From positions 8,991,875 through 9,055,874 of the forward strand of contig OZ316891.1 of NCBI GenBank assembly GCA_973895155.1: DNA of 64,000 nucleotides. The letters run 5' to 3'. How positions within the stretch are numbered: position 1 is the stretch's first letter; every line of letters starts with the position of its first letter. Positions 13,829 to 26,328 of this stretch are shown in pieces. Below the pieces are notes generated by a model. That model ran no database searches and was not told where the DNA came from. It saw nothing but the letters and a program-made list of their open reading frames with translations. A program made the translations under genes and the position numbers. This DNA is from Marsupella aquatica (lineage: Eukaryota; Plantae; Marchantiophyta).

Positions 13829-15936
13829 CCCCCCTCCCTCCACACGCACCAACAAAGATAAATGCTCCAGCCTTGCTCCGCTTCTCCTCACCGTCCGCCA
13901 GCGATCAGTACGAGATTTCTTCGATGCGCCGATCCGAAATCGATGCCGCAGACTTCAATTCTGCGCAATTCGACGTGCTCGTGACGAACAATCTCTCGAC
14001 GAAATCAACGAGCTTTTTGCTTCGACCCGAAGAGTCGCTCTGCTTTTCTCTTCGCTTCTCCTCGATTTAGCACATCACCCACGCCACGGCTTCCATCCCC
14101 GCCGTCGCCGCTAAAACAGCGGCCCCGCTAAATACAGGGACCTACGCCGATCCCCCTGACGCTTTGGACCTGTTCCCAAACTGCCCTGCTACACGCAAGG
14201 GCCTCGCACACTGACGTGAAGCCGGTGCCAAAATGGCAGTGCCGCCAGATTTTCTGCAATTGAAGGGACATTGTTGGGCGAGGCGGGGAGGTGTGGGATG
14301 TTGGCTAAACTTGGAGGCGCACGCAATGCGATCGGTACTTACCGTGTTGGGAGTCGTTGCACATTTCTCTTCAAGACCGGTGTTCGAATCCTGTGCTGTA
14401 CATTGCTCGGCAAGGAAGCTTGAAGAGTCATTCCAAAACATTTAAAATCAAAATAAGGGTGGTGTTCGACTAAACTGATGAGTCTTTTTGTCGATTACTT
14501 TTTGAGGCGACAGGCCGTGCACAAATTGTGAAGTCTTTTGTATTAGTTCAAATAATGGTAGCCGTTTAAATAGTGACTTAACCTGACTGTTTCGATGCTT
14601 TACTTTGAAAGGTCCTTTTATTAATTAATTAATAAGAAAGAAAAACCATGTGGATTTGCTGCTGTTTTACAGCTTAGAGCTGTCTTACATGTAGTTGATC
14701 CTCATTTATTATTATTTTAAGGAGAAATCTTTGAAACTCCACATAAAGGGAACAGTCAGTCAAACCATTTAAACAGTAGACCTATGAGTCTCAATTCCAG
14801 TAAGCTAACACATAGCCATGCCTCTTTGGGCACGTGATGTCAGCCATCTCTGGGCCTACATCACACATGTGACTCTAAATTGAATGTCTTACATGATCAT
14901 ATTGAACATTTTATGCCTGAACCACCTCATTTAAGCTAAAATGGCAGTTATAGTGGAGACTGAAGGGGAAAAGAGCAGAAACTTCCTGACACTTGAGGTC
15001 CCCAAGTGTGAAACTCAAATAACATAAATTGGCTCACTTTATACTTGCCCTTCAAGGTGCCTGGCCCCGGTGACACATATATAGCAGCACCATAAACTGT
15101 TGTGGTGCATCCCTCATGGCTTTGTCCGAGCAGTTCTGGGAGAATTGAGGGTGGCAAACTGAGGGGACGAAGCCAAACAGCTCTTAGACCTAACCACATG
15201 AAGAGAAACTGAAAATAATTATTTTGCTTACAGGCTAGATATTCCATGGTATACATGTGAGCTGGACCCTCCATACTGTGAGGATTGCAAGGGAGCTCAT
15301 TTCCAGATTCAATTTTCATCTGGATTGTTACATATCATGTTTGAGAATGTTGCCACCAAGCCAATAATAGCATATGTTATGAGGACCCAGTTAAAATACA
15401 GAGTTAAAACTAATAATCAGTATTACAAATACAATCAATATTTATCGTTAAAGAATGTAAGTTTGTTAAGAGCTTGTCACATGGATGTTCTGACTTTAAG
15501 TCATCTTAATTGTCTAGCTACAACACCCTCTTGACAGGGTATTACTGAAAAGTACTTGAGGACATACTTGCAAGTATGTCCTCTCTAGAAGTGAGTACTG
15601 CCTCAGAGGCATTCATGTGATAATCATTTGGGAAATTCATTCAGGTGTATTAGAGGTTATATTAGGGGGTGGCAAACCTCTAAATTTGATGAATCTTAAC
15701 TTAGTGATTTAAGTTAGGGAAAAAGTTATGGACTACCAATTCATAGTCCAGAACTTTTGGTCATACAAATTGGTCATATGCCATGGCAAGTCATTGTCGA
15801 GGATAGTGAAAAGAAACAATACTTTGTAGAACCAGGTGAAAAACCTATGGCCATTTGTTTATGGCCAAAAGCCATCGTCCGCAACTTTGAGACACCCTAT
15901 TGGAGCCACAATTGATGCCACAAAGTTTACTAATAA

Positions 15937-16670
15937 CTAGCCCAATGCATGTGCATTGCACAAAAGATGTTGAGTTGAGAAAAAAATGTCGAGGTGAAAA
16001 AAGATGTTGACGAGTGAAAGAGATGTCAAGGTGAGGAAAGGAAGTCAAGATGAGAAAAGATGGTAACATGAGAAAAAGATGTAAAGTGTTGAACTAAGAC
16101 GTCATTCGCAACGACCATACAACCATGACTCATTCCATGCACACGTAGTCGACACAATCTCTACGTGGTTCACCTCTTCTCCAAGGCTACGTCCACACGA
16201 ACACCCAAGCTTTACTTCAAGAGTAGACGAACACACATGCTCTCTCTCTTCCTCCTGTTGTTCTGTTACAATGAGTAAGCACCACCCACCAGCGGCTTAC
16301 ACTAGCCCTGGTATATACAAGGTCACACACGACTAATCTAACCTCAGCTAAGATCCTAACTGTGGTTAGCCTAAGTGCCGTAACCTATGAGTCACAAGAC
16401 TAAGAGCAATCCTTAACATAAAGCTGAGGAAATGATGACAAGGAGAGAAAATATATCAAGGGTGAGGGAAAGATGTTGTGGTGAGATACAAATGTAGAGG
16501 TGAGGACAAGGTTGTCAAGCCAGGTGAGAAAAGATGTAGAGGAGGGCAAAAGATGTCAAGGAAATAAAAATATGTCAAAAGTGAGAAAAAAAATGATGTG
16601 GTGAGATAAGATGTAAATGTGAGAAAGCAATGGCAAGATAAGAAACATGTGTCAGAGTGAAGAATATCTT
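15937..16670 (-). mobile_element. Second copy of the same non-autonomous Helitron family (interrupted by a solo LTR)
   Basis: The minus strand ends tcttttgtgcaatgcacatgcattgggCTAG|T, matching the 2941-2972 terminus. The interior has the reverse-complement aaaagatgttgaggtgag units. The 5' boundary is uncertain. Confidence 0.7.
16087..16418 (-). mobile_element. Solo LTR (Copia-type), 332 bp
   Basis: Termini TGTT...AACA with 5-bp TSD TAAAG (16082-16086 and 16419-16423). Carries the reverse complement of the gtggacgtagcc...ggtgaaccacgta motif also found in the LTR at 33166. Confidence 0.88.
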
Positions 16671-17580
16671 GCCCGAAAGAAATTTAAAATGTTCCATTTT
16701 CAATCCCTGAAAATTCTTGTGTCACATCTCCCCAAACAACTACCCTGAACCCAAAACTCACTAGTGAACGTGCTCCTTGCTTCCGAATATATGTGGCATC
16801 CTACATGCATACCCCAATTAATTGTAAATGTGATGTGAGCCCTGTTTGATGCCCCTTGACTTTCCATACCCATTTCAAATCACCATGTCATTGTCATGCC
16901 TGGCAAGCCAACATCAATTCTTAAGGACATCAATTCTTAAGGGTATTGGGATTAGAGTTCTGACTGGGCACATGCAATACTTCTCCCAAGGCCTTCTTCC
17001 TCCCTTTTGCCACATCTAAGGTTCAGAAATTTTGTGATTTAAATCTTATAGCCACAATCAGTTCCTCCTTTTCTTAGTTTTCATAAGCGGAAAGATGAGA
17101 GGAAAAAGGCAGGATAGCATATTATAGTTGTAAGATGTTAATGTTTAATTTCCACTGTACCCAAGTTACTAATAATGTAAATGTTCGAATTTCCACTGTC
17201 CATCTCGATTGAAGAAGGGGACTTCCTACTGCTAAAGTGAAGCCACAAGAATTTTGCTTTGAACGAGTTTAGACTCAATGCTTTGTACAATAGAATGTCC
17301 AAAAAGATCTTTCATTGCAAAAAAAAAAAACGAATGTCGTTGTGCATCGAGAAGACAGGATTTCATAGTACACTACATAGAGAGTCTGCAAGGCGATCTT
17401 TTAAGAGAAAACAGTAGTTCTGTGACAGAAGATTCTCTCGTCGAGATAAGCTCGTAGTCTGTAGCAGAAGGAGAATGTTCAAAATTGATATGTTATTCAA
17501 TTGTAAGCCCAAGTGGATTTACCGTTCCTCTCCACAACGAATCGGGATGTTGTTTAACATGACCCGAGCCTGCTTCCTAT

Positions 17581-17776
17581 CTGAATTCTCACTACTTAGC
17601 AAGATTTCTCCATCAATATCTACACTCCACGTTCTGAATTCTAGCAAGATTTCTCCATCGATCTCTACACGCCACGTTCTGAATTCTCCCTAGCAAGATT
17701 TCTCCATCGACCTCTACACTCCACATTCTGAATTCTCCCTAGCAAGATTTCGCCATCGATCTCTACACTCCACGCT
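17581..17776. repeat. Tandem repeat, about 45-49-bp unit, 4 copies
   Basis: Unit tagcaagatttctccatcgatctctacactccacgttctgaattctccc is repeated. Confidence 0.9.
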
Positions 17777-18857
17777 TCAATTAAGTCAGTATCTCCCTGT
17801 CCGACTCCGTGTCAGTTACTGTAGCTTTCTGAACGTCTCCCATGCGTCACGTGACCTTCAAACATAGGCACAGTCATTGACCTTCTTACTTACCCAATCA
17901 CTGTATCCGTGTTGCTCACTTACCCTCTCTTCCCCTTTCATTTCCGTGGGGTTCCCATTCAAGCAACCCTCTCTTCCCGTCAATTTCTCAAGGCCTACAA
18001 CACTTCACACCTTATCAATGTACTTTCGCTCGGATCCGATTTGTCAACACATGTGAATGGATCGAGCGGCCCTCTCCCAAAACGGGACCTAGTCAGAGCC
18101 CGAGTCAGAGTATTTTCTTTTCAAGCCTTCCTTAATGACTTGAGTGTAAGTTAGGTCGAACCACTATTGGCAGTGGGTCTTTTTTCCAAATCACCTTTTT
18201 CAACTGGATGTGTGAAAACACATCGAGGTTTGATCAGAAAGAACAACTCATCTCCCAACAATTGATTGCACGAGCCGTCGTATTGTAAGCATTCAGTCAG
18301 CTGGTTCAATTCCTCTTTAAAGAAATGGAGCCCTGTTCAATGAACATGGCACTTCCAACAGCCACTGCGGAGTGCTCTTCGTCTCAAGAATTCTTCTTTG
18401 GATTCATTCTACATCGGGAAAACCCTCCATGTTAGTGATGGATGGATCATGCACGCTTCAGAATTGGTCTTGCATATCTTGTGAGGGTTTGAAACTTGTT
18501 GATCCTTGGCACATTTGAAGGTTTTGGTTGGTCAACGATTGATCAGTCGATAAGCGGTCTTTCCTCAATGTCTGCTTCCAGAATGCGACGTATACACTAT
18601 AAGGTAGGTGGACTGTATGATAAGTCTCGGATCCCAACGCACTTTAAGTCACAAGAAGCAAGCTCCAGAAGTTGTAGACTTAAAGGAATGCACGGCCTCG
18701 CTTCAGGCCGAAATATTCCCCCAAGCCAAATGAAGACAAGTTGATTGAACGAGACTGCTATGTGCCTAGAGGAACCCCAGTAAAATGTGCTGTGACCCTC
18801 CAAGTCACTGGCGGCATCAAGTTTCAAATACACTTAACTTGTAAGCGTCAACTCAAT

Positions 18858-20681
18858 TCACAAGTGGTACGTTGAATTCCCTATGTTGACAAGTTGCAGG
18901 CCACTCGTTGAATCTTGGCAAGGTCTGAGGTGCTTCTCGATCCAGGCCTCGTGCGCAGGGGTGCGACTAGTCTCGTTACCACAATCCATCTTCGGCCAGA
19001 AAGAATAATGGTTGCAAGGCTCAGGGGAGTAGCCCACCACGCAGTGTAAGTTTCCAGGAGCCGGATCCTCCTCCACGTTCGGGCCAAGGTCGCCTCGGAG
19101 GTTCACAATGTATGGCGTCAGTGCCCCCAAACCCTGCGCCACATACCCGAACGTGGACACGCTGCTGGTTGCAATGGTATCACTGAGGCTGAGAAGCCAC
19201 ATCTCCACAAATGCCTTCTGGGCTTGGTCGTAGGAATGCCACTCCATGCGCTCGTGGCTCACAATGTGAACTCTCACCAGGGTGCCATCCGTGGTGGGAA
19301 AATTGGCGTACAAATCTTGCAGCTCTTCGGCGTACGTCTGCTGGAGCGATGCAATGAGAACAGATGTAACAACAGGCCCACCATTTTCCCGCTGGTGCTT
19401 TTGAACGTCTTTGGTTAGTTCCCTCGAGCTAGACGACGGCCGCACCTTCATCATCCACTCCAGCAACCGCTCCTTGGGGAAGCTTGGTGCCTCGCTCGAA
19501 ACATTAGGTAAGATGTGGTGATGCGTGAGGCAGTTCAAAACCCTCTCAAAGGCAAGAGCGGAGTACTCACCACTGTCTGGCACTGAGTGCCGCCTGATCT
19601 GGATCCCCACGAGATTCTCGGCCGAGGACAGGTATGAGGAGTAGATGCGGAAGATCTTCTCCCAGAGGTTGTTGCTCGGGAGGAGGAGGTACCGGCTGAG
19701 GTGTGTGAACACATGGGATGGGTTGGGGAAGAGCGTTGACAACCGCGGCCAAAACTCCGGAAAGGTGAGTAATCGGGGGACGAAATATTGGTTACTGGTC
19801 CACATAACCCAATCGATTTCCCGGATGCGCTCTCTCGTCTCTGAGCAGAAGAATCTCTGGTCGCCGCAATTCTGGGAGTGGTCGAGGTTCAACCTGAGGA
19901 CATTCTCGATACCGTTAAAATTGTCGTTAACTGCTTTGTTCACATCCGGAGCATTGTAGAGCAGATCCAGAGGGAAGCCGTCGGGAAGAATCCACGTCGA
20001 GTCCGGGAACGGCTCGCACAGCAAGTTCGCGACATGGCCTGTTTCTGCACTCAATTCTACGAGAAGGACTCGGTCGGTGAAGAGAGCGAAGACGAAGGCC
20101 GAGACGAGAGATATGAGCCTGTTGCCCAGCCCAGCTCCCCCTTCGATGAAAACCAGAAACTGGCAGTCACTTGAACTGCCGAGCGAGCTTCCGTTTAGCG
20201 ATTGCAGGAACGTTTCCGTCCAGTTCTGACCGACGGATTTCGAGCATTCTGCATGGCGCTTCTCGTATACCTTCAGAGCCGAGACAAGAGCTGCAGAAGA
20301 AGGAATGATCTGAGACGCGGGACGGTGGAGCATGTGTTGGTCCCTACTCAAACACTTGGCTGCAGGACTTCTCAGGAGACGGCTCATGTCATCCTTGCTC
20401 GAAGACATGGGCACTCTTGACGTCGATTCAGATTGATTCACCGGAATTATACTTCCAGTGGCCCCCAGCACCATGTCCTTACGACGCACCGAGTTGTATG
20501 TGTCCACCATTCCCTCTTGCAACATCAAGCCAAACGACAAGAGTGTGACCACAAGCAGTGCTGCCGCCTTGGTACACCAGGACGGATAGAGCTTCGAGTC
20601 GTGCAGGGACCCGCAGCACAGTCTCCACAGTTCGCCTTTCCCAGCTTTCATGATCGCTGGTGAGACTTGCTTCTCGTGCAT
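18858..20681 (-). CDS. GT37 galactoside 2-alpha-L-fucosyltransferase (xyloglucan/AGP FUT family), intronless, 607 aa
   Basis: N-terminal TM segment (AAALLVVTLLSFGLML) and motifs GLGNRLISLVSAFVFALFTDRVLLV, LLCEPFP, SNQYFVP, VGIQIR, EMWLLSLSD...STFGYVAQGLG, SPEPC. Confidence 0.92.
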   Translation of the reverse strand: MHEKQVSPAIMKAGKGELWRLCCGSLHDSKLYPSWCTKAAALLVVTLLSFGLMLQEGMVDTYNSVRRKDMVLGATGSIIPVNQSESTSRVPMSSSKDDMSRLLRSPAAKCLSRDQHMLHRPASQIIPSSAALVSALKVYEKRHAECSKSVGQNWTETFLQSLNGSSLGSSSDCQFLVFIEGGAGLGNRLISLVSAFVFALFTDRVLLVELSAETGHVANLLCEPFPDSTWILPDGFPLDLLYNAPDVNKAVNDNFNGIENVLRLNLDHSQNCGDQRFFCSETRERIREIDWVMWTSNQYFVPRLLTFPEFWPRLSTLFPNPSHVFTHLSRYLLLPSNNLWEKIFRIYSSYLSSAENLVGIQIRRHSVPDSGEYSALAFERVLNCLTHHHILPNVSSEAPSFPKERLLEWMMKVRPSSSSRELTKDVQKHQRENGGPVVTSVLIASLQQTYAEELQDLYANFPTTDGTLVRVHIVSHERMEWHSYDQAQKAFVEMWLLSLSDTIATSSVSTFGYVAQGLGALTPYIVNLRGDLGPNVEEDPAPGNLHCVVGYSPEPCNHYSFWPKMDCGNETSRTPAHEAWIEKHLRPCQDSTSGLQLVNIGNSTYHL

Positions 20682-23600
20682 GATTTCAATCCTCCCGTTA
20701 CGAAGCTTTCTCCGTCCTTAATTTCGTGCTTCCAAAACACACCGGCCCGCATAAAGGATTATTTTCTCCCTTCGCAGTACGTCAGGCTCTAGCTCGATCG
20801 AGCTGCCAGTTCAGTTGCTAAACGGAAAAATCATCAAAGTTACTGCATGTGATACGTGATTCTGCCCATGCGATCACAATCGCGTGGAGCCCCCACGTCT
20901 CGTACACAGACCTGTGCCGTGGCTGAAGAATGCGTCAGCTAGCAACCTCAAACCGCGTGTATTATATATACAATTATAATTACCTCGCATCAAGATCCTC
21001 ATTAGCAACCTTTCTCGAACTTGGGCAAGGTCATCGCCACCAATTGAGACGAAGGATCGCAATTTCTTGTAGCTATTGCAGACAGCTAACCCGAGAACCT
21101 ATATTTTCCAAAACTGAAGCATCAGTCGCCAAGCTGAATGGAAGTAGAAGATCGTCAAGAATTTCTGTTACGAAGTAACGGATATATCGAAAGCCAATAG
21201 CCCAGGCTGTTTCCCGGACAACATCAGGTATTCGCAATTTGGGAATGAAGAAGACGGTCATCAGTTCAAAGCATGAACCGGAGCAACAATTCTCGATTAT
21301 CGATCATGTCGTTGGATGGAAAACAGATGCCCCAGTTTCTTGTCTTGCTCAAGGCAAAACACACGACTGGCGAACGCAATCCAGGTAAACTACGAAACGA
21401 GGATTCGGGCAATCGAGGGAACGGCGATGACGGGGAGACGAAGTCAGTGGCCCAAATCTCTCCGCAACAACGCAATTGAAGATCCTTCTTATATGTACGA
21501 TGTGAAAGAGAGAATAGTGAGTTCACGAAATTCCGAATCCCCGTAAACTTCATTCACCCGGCAAATTAACAAGGAATCCAATCAAGCAACCAAGAGCGAG
21601 CGGGTCATTCTATCCATCCACGCGCTGTAATCCTTGAGTTTCAACGAAACTCAAAGGACAAGGGCTACATATACTTTTAGGAGGGAATGAATCAATAGCC
21701 CAGCGTTCGTGCAGAAATTACAGGCCAAAGTGCTTGCACCCGACGAACAGACAGACTGGCAGTGGATAGAAAAGTGGATCGATGAGTAATGAGTGACACT
21801 CTGGGATAAGTAACTGCCGGAAATTGATGGCCCCAAACGATAATAACTGGCAAGAAGTCGAGCGACGTGACTACTTGTCCGCCCTCTGTCTGATTCCCTC
21901 AATTCCTCACCTCAGTCTTGCAACGGAAGTCAAACAGTCCAATCAGTGCAATCACGGCAAGAATTCCCGAGCGAACTGATGGCCCTCCCAGATAAAATTC
22001 GTGTCTGTCCGCAGGGAGGAATGGCCCGTGACAGGGGAAATCACGGAGGCCAGTTTTGTTCACAAAGGCGTTTCCTTGGATGCTTTGTGGTCTTTTCTTC
22101 CATAGAACCGACAGAGGTGAAAAGGGAGAGGAAACACGAAACGACGCCTCCATATATTTGTTGCACCACGATCAGTCATGGTTCGTGCCCACGTCCGCAT
22201 GTGGTCTCGACCGTATGAGAAAAAATCTGGAATTCCGAAATTGAGAGCGTTGCAATTTGGTCTCGATCCGTCGCTTGGAAATTAATGTAGGAGAGTGCAG
22301 CAGAGAGGTACGGCTTGTGTTTTGTGTGGTGGGTGGCACCACCTTCATTGCTGCTTGATTCGGAAGGTTGGCTCGTCGCACGTTACTGCATGTTTTCATT
22401 TTGGAGTGTCTGAGATGTTCGGCGTAGTAATCTGCAGAGGGCGCTGAGTACAAATAGATGAAATTCGCCGATAGTATACAGAATTCAGTAGGCGTCTTAC
22501 ATAGTGTATTTTTCAACTTTGACATCTCACATACGTGTATTTTTCAACTTTGACAGCGCGGGGCGGGGGACCATTGACGGGTCGGGGGACCATTGACGGG
22601 TCGGGGCAGGGATCATGACTGGTCGAGCACCAAATGTAATGTGAGGCCCAACAGAATGCGAGGCCCGACCCGTCACACTTGGACCCGCAAGAGATCCTGA
22701 ATTTTGAAGGAAACCCAATCACATTAAGTGTGCAGCGATCCCACTCATTTTTTAGTACCTGAGAAAATTATCACCTTGTTGTACCCTGTTGCAGTGCACT
22801 TGAGGCCGCCCATGAGGTGTCATTTCTTTTTACATATGAGACGCCCCAGTGGAGACAGAAAGCCCAATGCTGGGTATTGGCAATCTTTTGATCTGGTGCT
22901 TGCCTTATTCTCTTTTGTGCTCCACCTAGTGAAATACTGCTGTAGGTTTATGTTATAGAGACTTTAAAAATACTTTGTGTTTTAATTAGCTTACAGTGTA
23001 TGTTAGTTGTTATGGGGTACTACTTGGCTTGTTGGCCCTCTTTGGTCTTTCCTTTTTCCTTTCTTTTATTGAGTCTTTTTGCTTTCAGATCCTATCTCCT
23101 GGTTTGGTGTTCTTGTCTTTTTGGCAGAGTGATGTATATATTATGCTACCCGGTACACTGATCAGATGTACACCATTCTCTTATTGGAAAGAGGCATGTT
23201 AGAGCATCTCCAAAGGTTAGACTGTTTGCAAGGATTAGAAAGTCTCCAAAGGCTAGAAGGTTTGCAAAGGTCACTGGGTTTGTTCTCACCTCAGGGTTTG
23301 TTACTACCTCAGTGTGAAATCCGGATTCACACAAAAATTATTAATTATTGAAATTTTTGGACATGATTTACAAAATATTTCTAACTCCTGGTGAAACCTC
23401 AAAAAAAACATTTTGAATTAAACACTGACTTTTCAGTGTAAATTCTAAGTTCAAAATTTTAAACAAAAACAGAAAAAGAAAAATAAATATGTTTGACACA
23501 ATGCTCCCGTGCTCCACATTTTGGTGGTCCATGGGAGTTTGGTACCCATAACTTGATGATTAGGAGTACTAAAATAATTTCAGTTTTGTGGTTGCAAGGG

Positions 23601-25289
23601 CAACTAGAGAAGCAGGAGACCTACGAAAACACAAGCCCAACCAAATATTTCTTATTAACACAATGGAAACTAATTTAATACTATTTACTAGCTCTATACC
23701 TGTGCATTGGCGCCAAAGATGTTGTGTTGCCCCAATGCCAAGACCACTTGGGACAATGGCACGGTTTGCCCACTTTTCAATTGCACAATTTACCTACCCC
23801 TTGCATCCCATAATCCCATTGGTAACCCCAGTGTTGGTTACTTTAAGCTTAATTAATTTGCATAAAGTTGCCAGCATTGCGCACTTGGCTTTGGCCGCCC
23901 CAATGCCAAGACCCTTGGGGCAACAGCATGGCTCAGCCCACTCTTCAGCGGCGCAATTTTCCTTCCCCTTGCTTGGAACCCCTTTGATAACCACATCCAT
24001 GTTAACTTGGCTCCTTACTCTCCAGCACCATGCCCCCTTGGGGTGGTGGTGTGGGTTGTATAACTTTTCAAAATGGATTTTTGAGAGGTGGTCCCCTCAT
24101 ATATACTTATGGTGACCTGACACCCCTCACCAACTTTGGTCCCGACCCAATATTTTGGCCCCCAACCCATGCATCTTTGAGTGCTAAACCAAGTGGCACG
24201 ACATGACGGCAAAGTGGGGCTTGGCCTGGGGTTGGAACCAAGGCAAGGTGCTGACTTAGGGCCAGGTTAAGGGTGAGTTTCATTGGGCGCAAGGACAAAA
24301 AAACCAAATAAGAACATGGTCCTTGGTCCAGGCTCGTCAGTCCTTGGTCCAGGCGTGTGACTGTCTGAGTCTAAGTGCAAGGCGCAAGACCGAGGCATAG
24401 GTGAGAGTGAGGGTGAGGCAAGTGTGAGGGTGAGGGGAGGCGACATCGAGTCCAGGCACGGCCAAGACCAGGTCCAGGCACTTGCAAAGGGTGAGGCACT
24501 TGCGAAGAGCGAGGCACTCGCAGCGACGGAGGACTCTCCGCAAAGGGCAAGGGACTCGTTACAAGTATAGGGTAATGACGGTTTGGTCTGCCTGGGGTTA
24601 CTAGTCTGTAACCCTGTGACCAGAAAATGAGTACATGTTGACCAGCGGCAGTCAGGAAGCTTTTCTGAGCTTTGTGGGAACATGTTGTAGACTAGAACCC
24701 TAGCCCAAACAGTCATTATCATTCGTAATATCTGCCGTGAGAAAAGATTACCGGGCAATATTTTCTGGGCACAAGGTTATGGAAAATGGTGGCACCTAGT
24801 AGAAAAGGTTACACACTGGTGACCTTTTTACTGACAGGAATTATGTCAGGATTAGGCAGGGCAGGCCAGGGTCAATCAGAGAGGGGAGAGGCGAGGGGAG
24901 AGGCCTGCAAGAAGGGAGGAGGGAGGGAGTCCGGAGAGACAGGGCCGGTCCCTTGCCTCATCCGACCAAGGAGGGTGGTGGGAGGCGGACCACAAGGGTT
25001 TAGGGTTTGGCGTGACTGGCGGCACAGCAGGGCTGTCACTCCAGTTTGTCGTAGGGCTGGCTACACAGCATTTTACTTGCCTTGGCTCGGTGCTGTCACC
25101 GCGACTGGATGGCCGCCGACCTCAGGAGCTGATCGCAGGGCCATTTTATTCCTTCGGGTTTTCCTGTATTGATTTCTTTCACCCAAAACGGCCCTGTAAA
25201 TTCAAATGACAGCCACGGTAACAAAAGGCGCAAAGTCTTACTATAGTTTCTGATGGCCAAATGGAATCTGATGGCCTAAAATCTATAAT

Positions 25290-26328
25290 TGTCACTTTGA
25301 TGGAAGTGTAACTTACCTACTCTTTTAGAATATTTACAAAACTCAAAAAGCTTTGAATTTGCAATTATCAAGTTATCACAAGCAAACTCAAATTTGGAGA
25401 AATGTGGTCCATGGGGGTTTCAAAGACTACCTTGTGGTCCATGGGGCTTCAAATTCAACATTTTAGACTAGCATTATTTTCCGGGATATGAAATATTCAA
25501 TCATCTTGTGCAGGATGGCACTACAATGTAACCAGTAAATACCCAGTCAGAACATGCTTGTTTTTGTTTCTTTCTTTTGTTTATAGTAAGTTGTTGTCTA
25601 TATATGTCAAATGAAACTCTACCCTGACCCTTTCTTGTAGGATAACCCACTATCAGACCATAGGTTACCTAGTGACCTAAATCTTTATGAGTTTTCAAAA
25701 TATTATGTTTAAGAGGATCAATCTTACTAATAAAGCCCACAGGAAGCCTACTTTGCAGGGCTACTGTCTAGAAGAAACCTCTCAACCATGACTCTAAGCT
25801 AGGAAATAACTCACAGTGCATACTGAAAACACAGATGAGAGCAAATAGGAACAAAAAATAAGAAGAAATTTGTTTTTGCAAGATTTTTTCTCATCTCTAT
25901 CAGGTTCAATGAACTGGTAATCAGGCTAGTAATAAAGATATTTAAGTCAGAATCTTGGCTGCCAAGCTAATGAAAGGGTTATTTCAGAGAGTAACTAGGG
26001 CTGTGAACTGGAAAAAAGTTCTTTTGTCTGTCCATGTGCCAAATAATCAGAAGATTGGTTAAGTGAAGTGTCTCGTTTATTGGATCTGTTATTTTTGGGA
26101 CCATGTCTCCCCTTTAATATCCCCCTGTTTTCCAAGAGTGTGTTTTATAATTTTTCCATGAATACTATGCTGCCCTAGACCACAACATTGGTCTTCGAAA
26201 ACCCCATGAATTGCATTTCCCAAAATTTGAGTTTACTCGTAATAACTTTATGTTAGTAATTTCAAATATATTTTAGTTTGGAAGATGTGCTAGAGGAGTA
26301 GGTAAGCTACCCTTCCATCAAAGTAACA
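25290..26328. mobile_element. Foldback / MULE-like non-autonomous element with about 160-bp imperfect inverted repeats
   Basis: 25290-25447 (tgtcactttgatggaagtgtaacttacctactc...aaactcaaattt...ttgtggtc) aligns with the reverse complement of 26172-26328. No clear TSD was found, so the superfamily is unassigned. Confidence 0.7.

Noticed and set aside
13462-14114. 202-aa and 147-aa ORFs on the + strand
   Set aside because: Antisense shadows of the GC-rich first exon and 5' UTR of ATG7.
23208-23222. Tourist/PIF-like TIR (TTA GAGCATCTCCAA)
   Set aside because: No matching inverted partner was found nearby.
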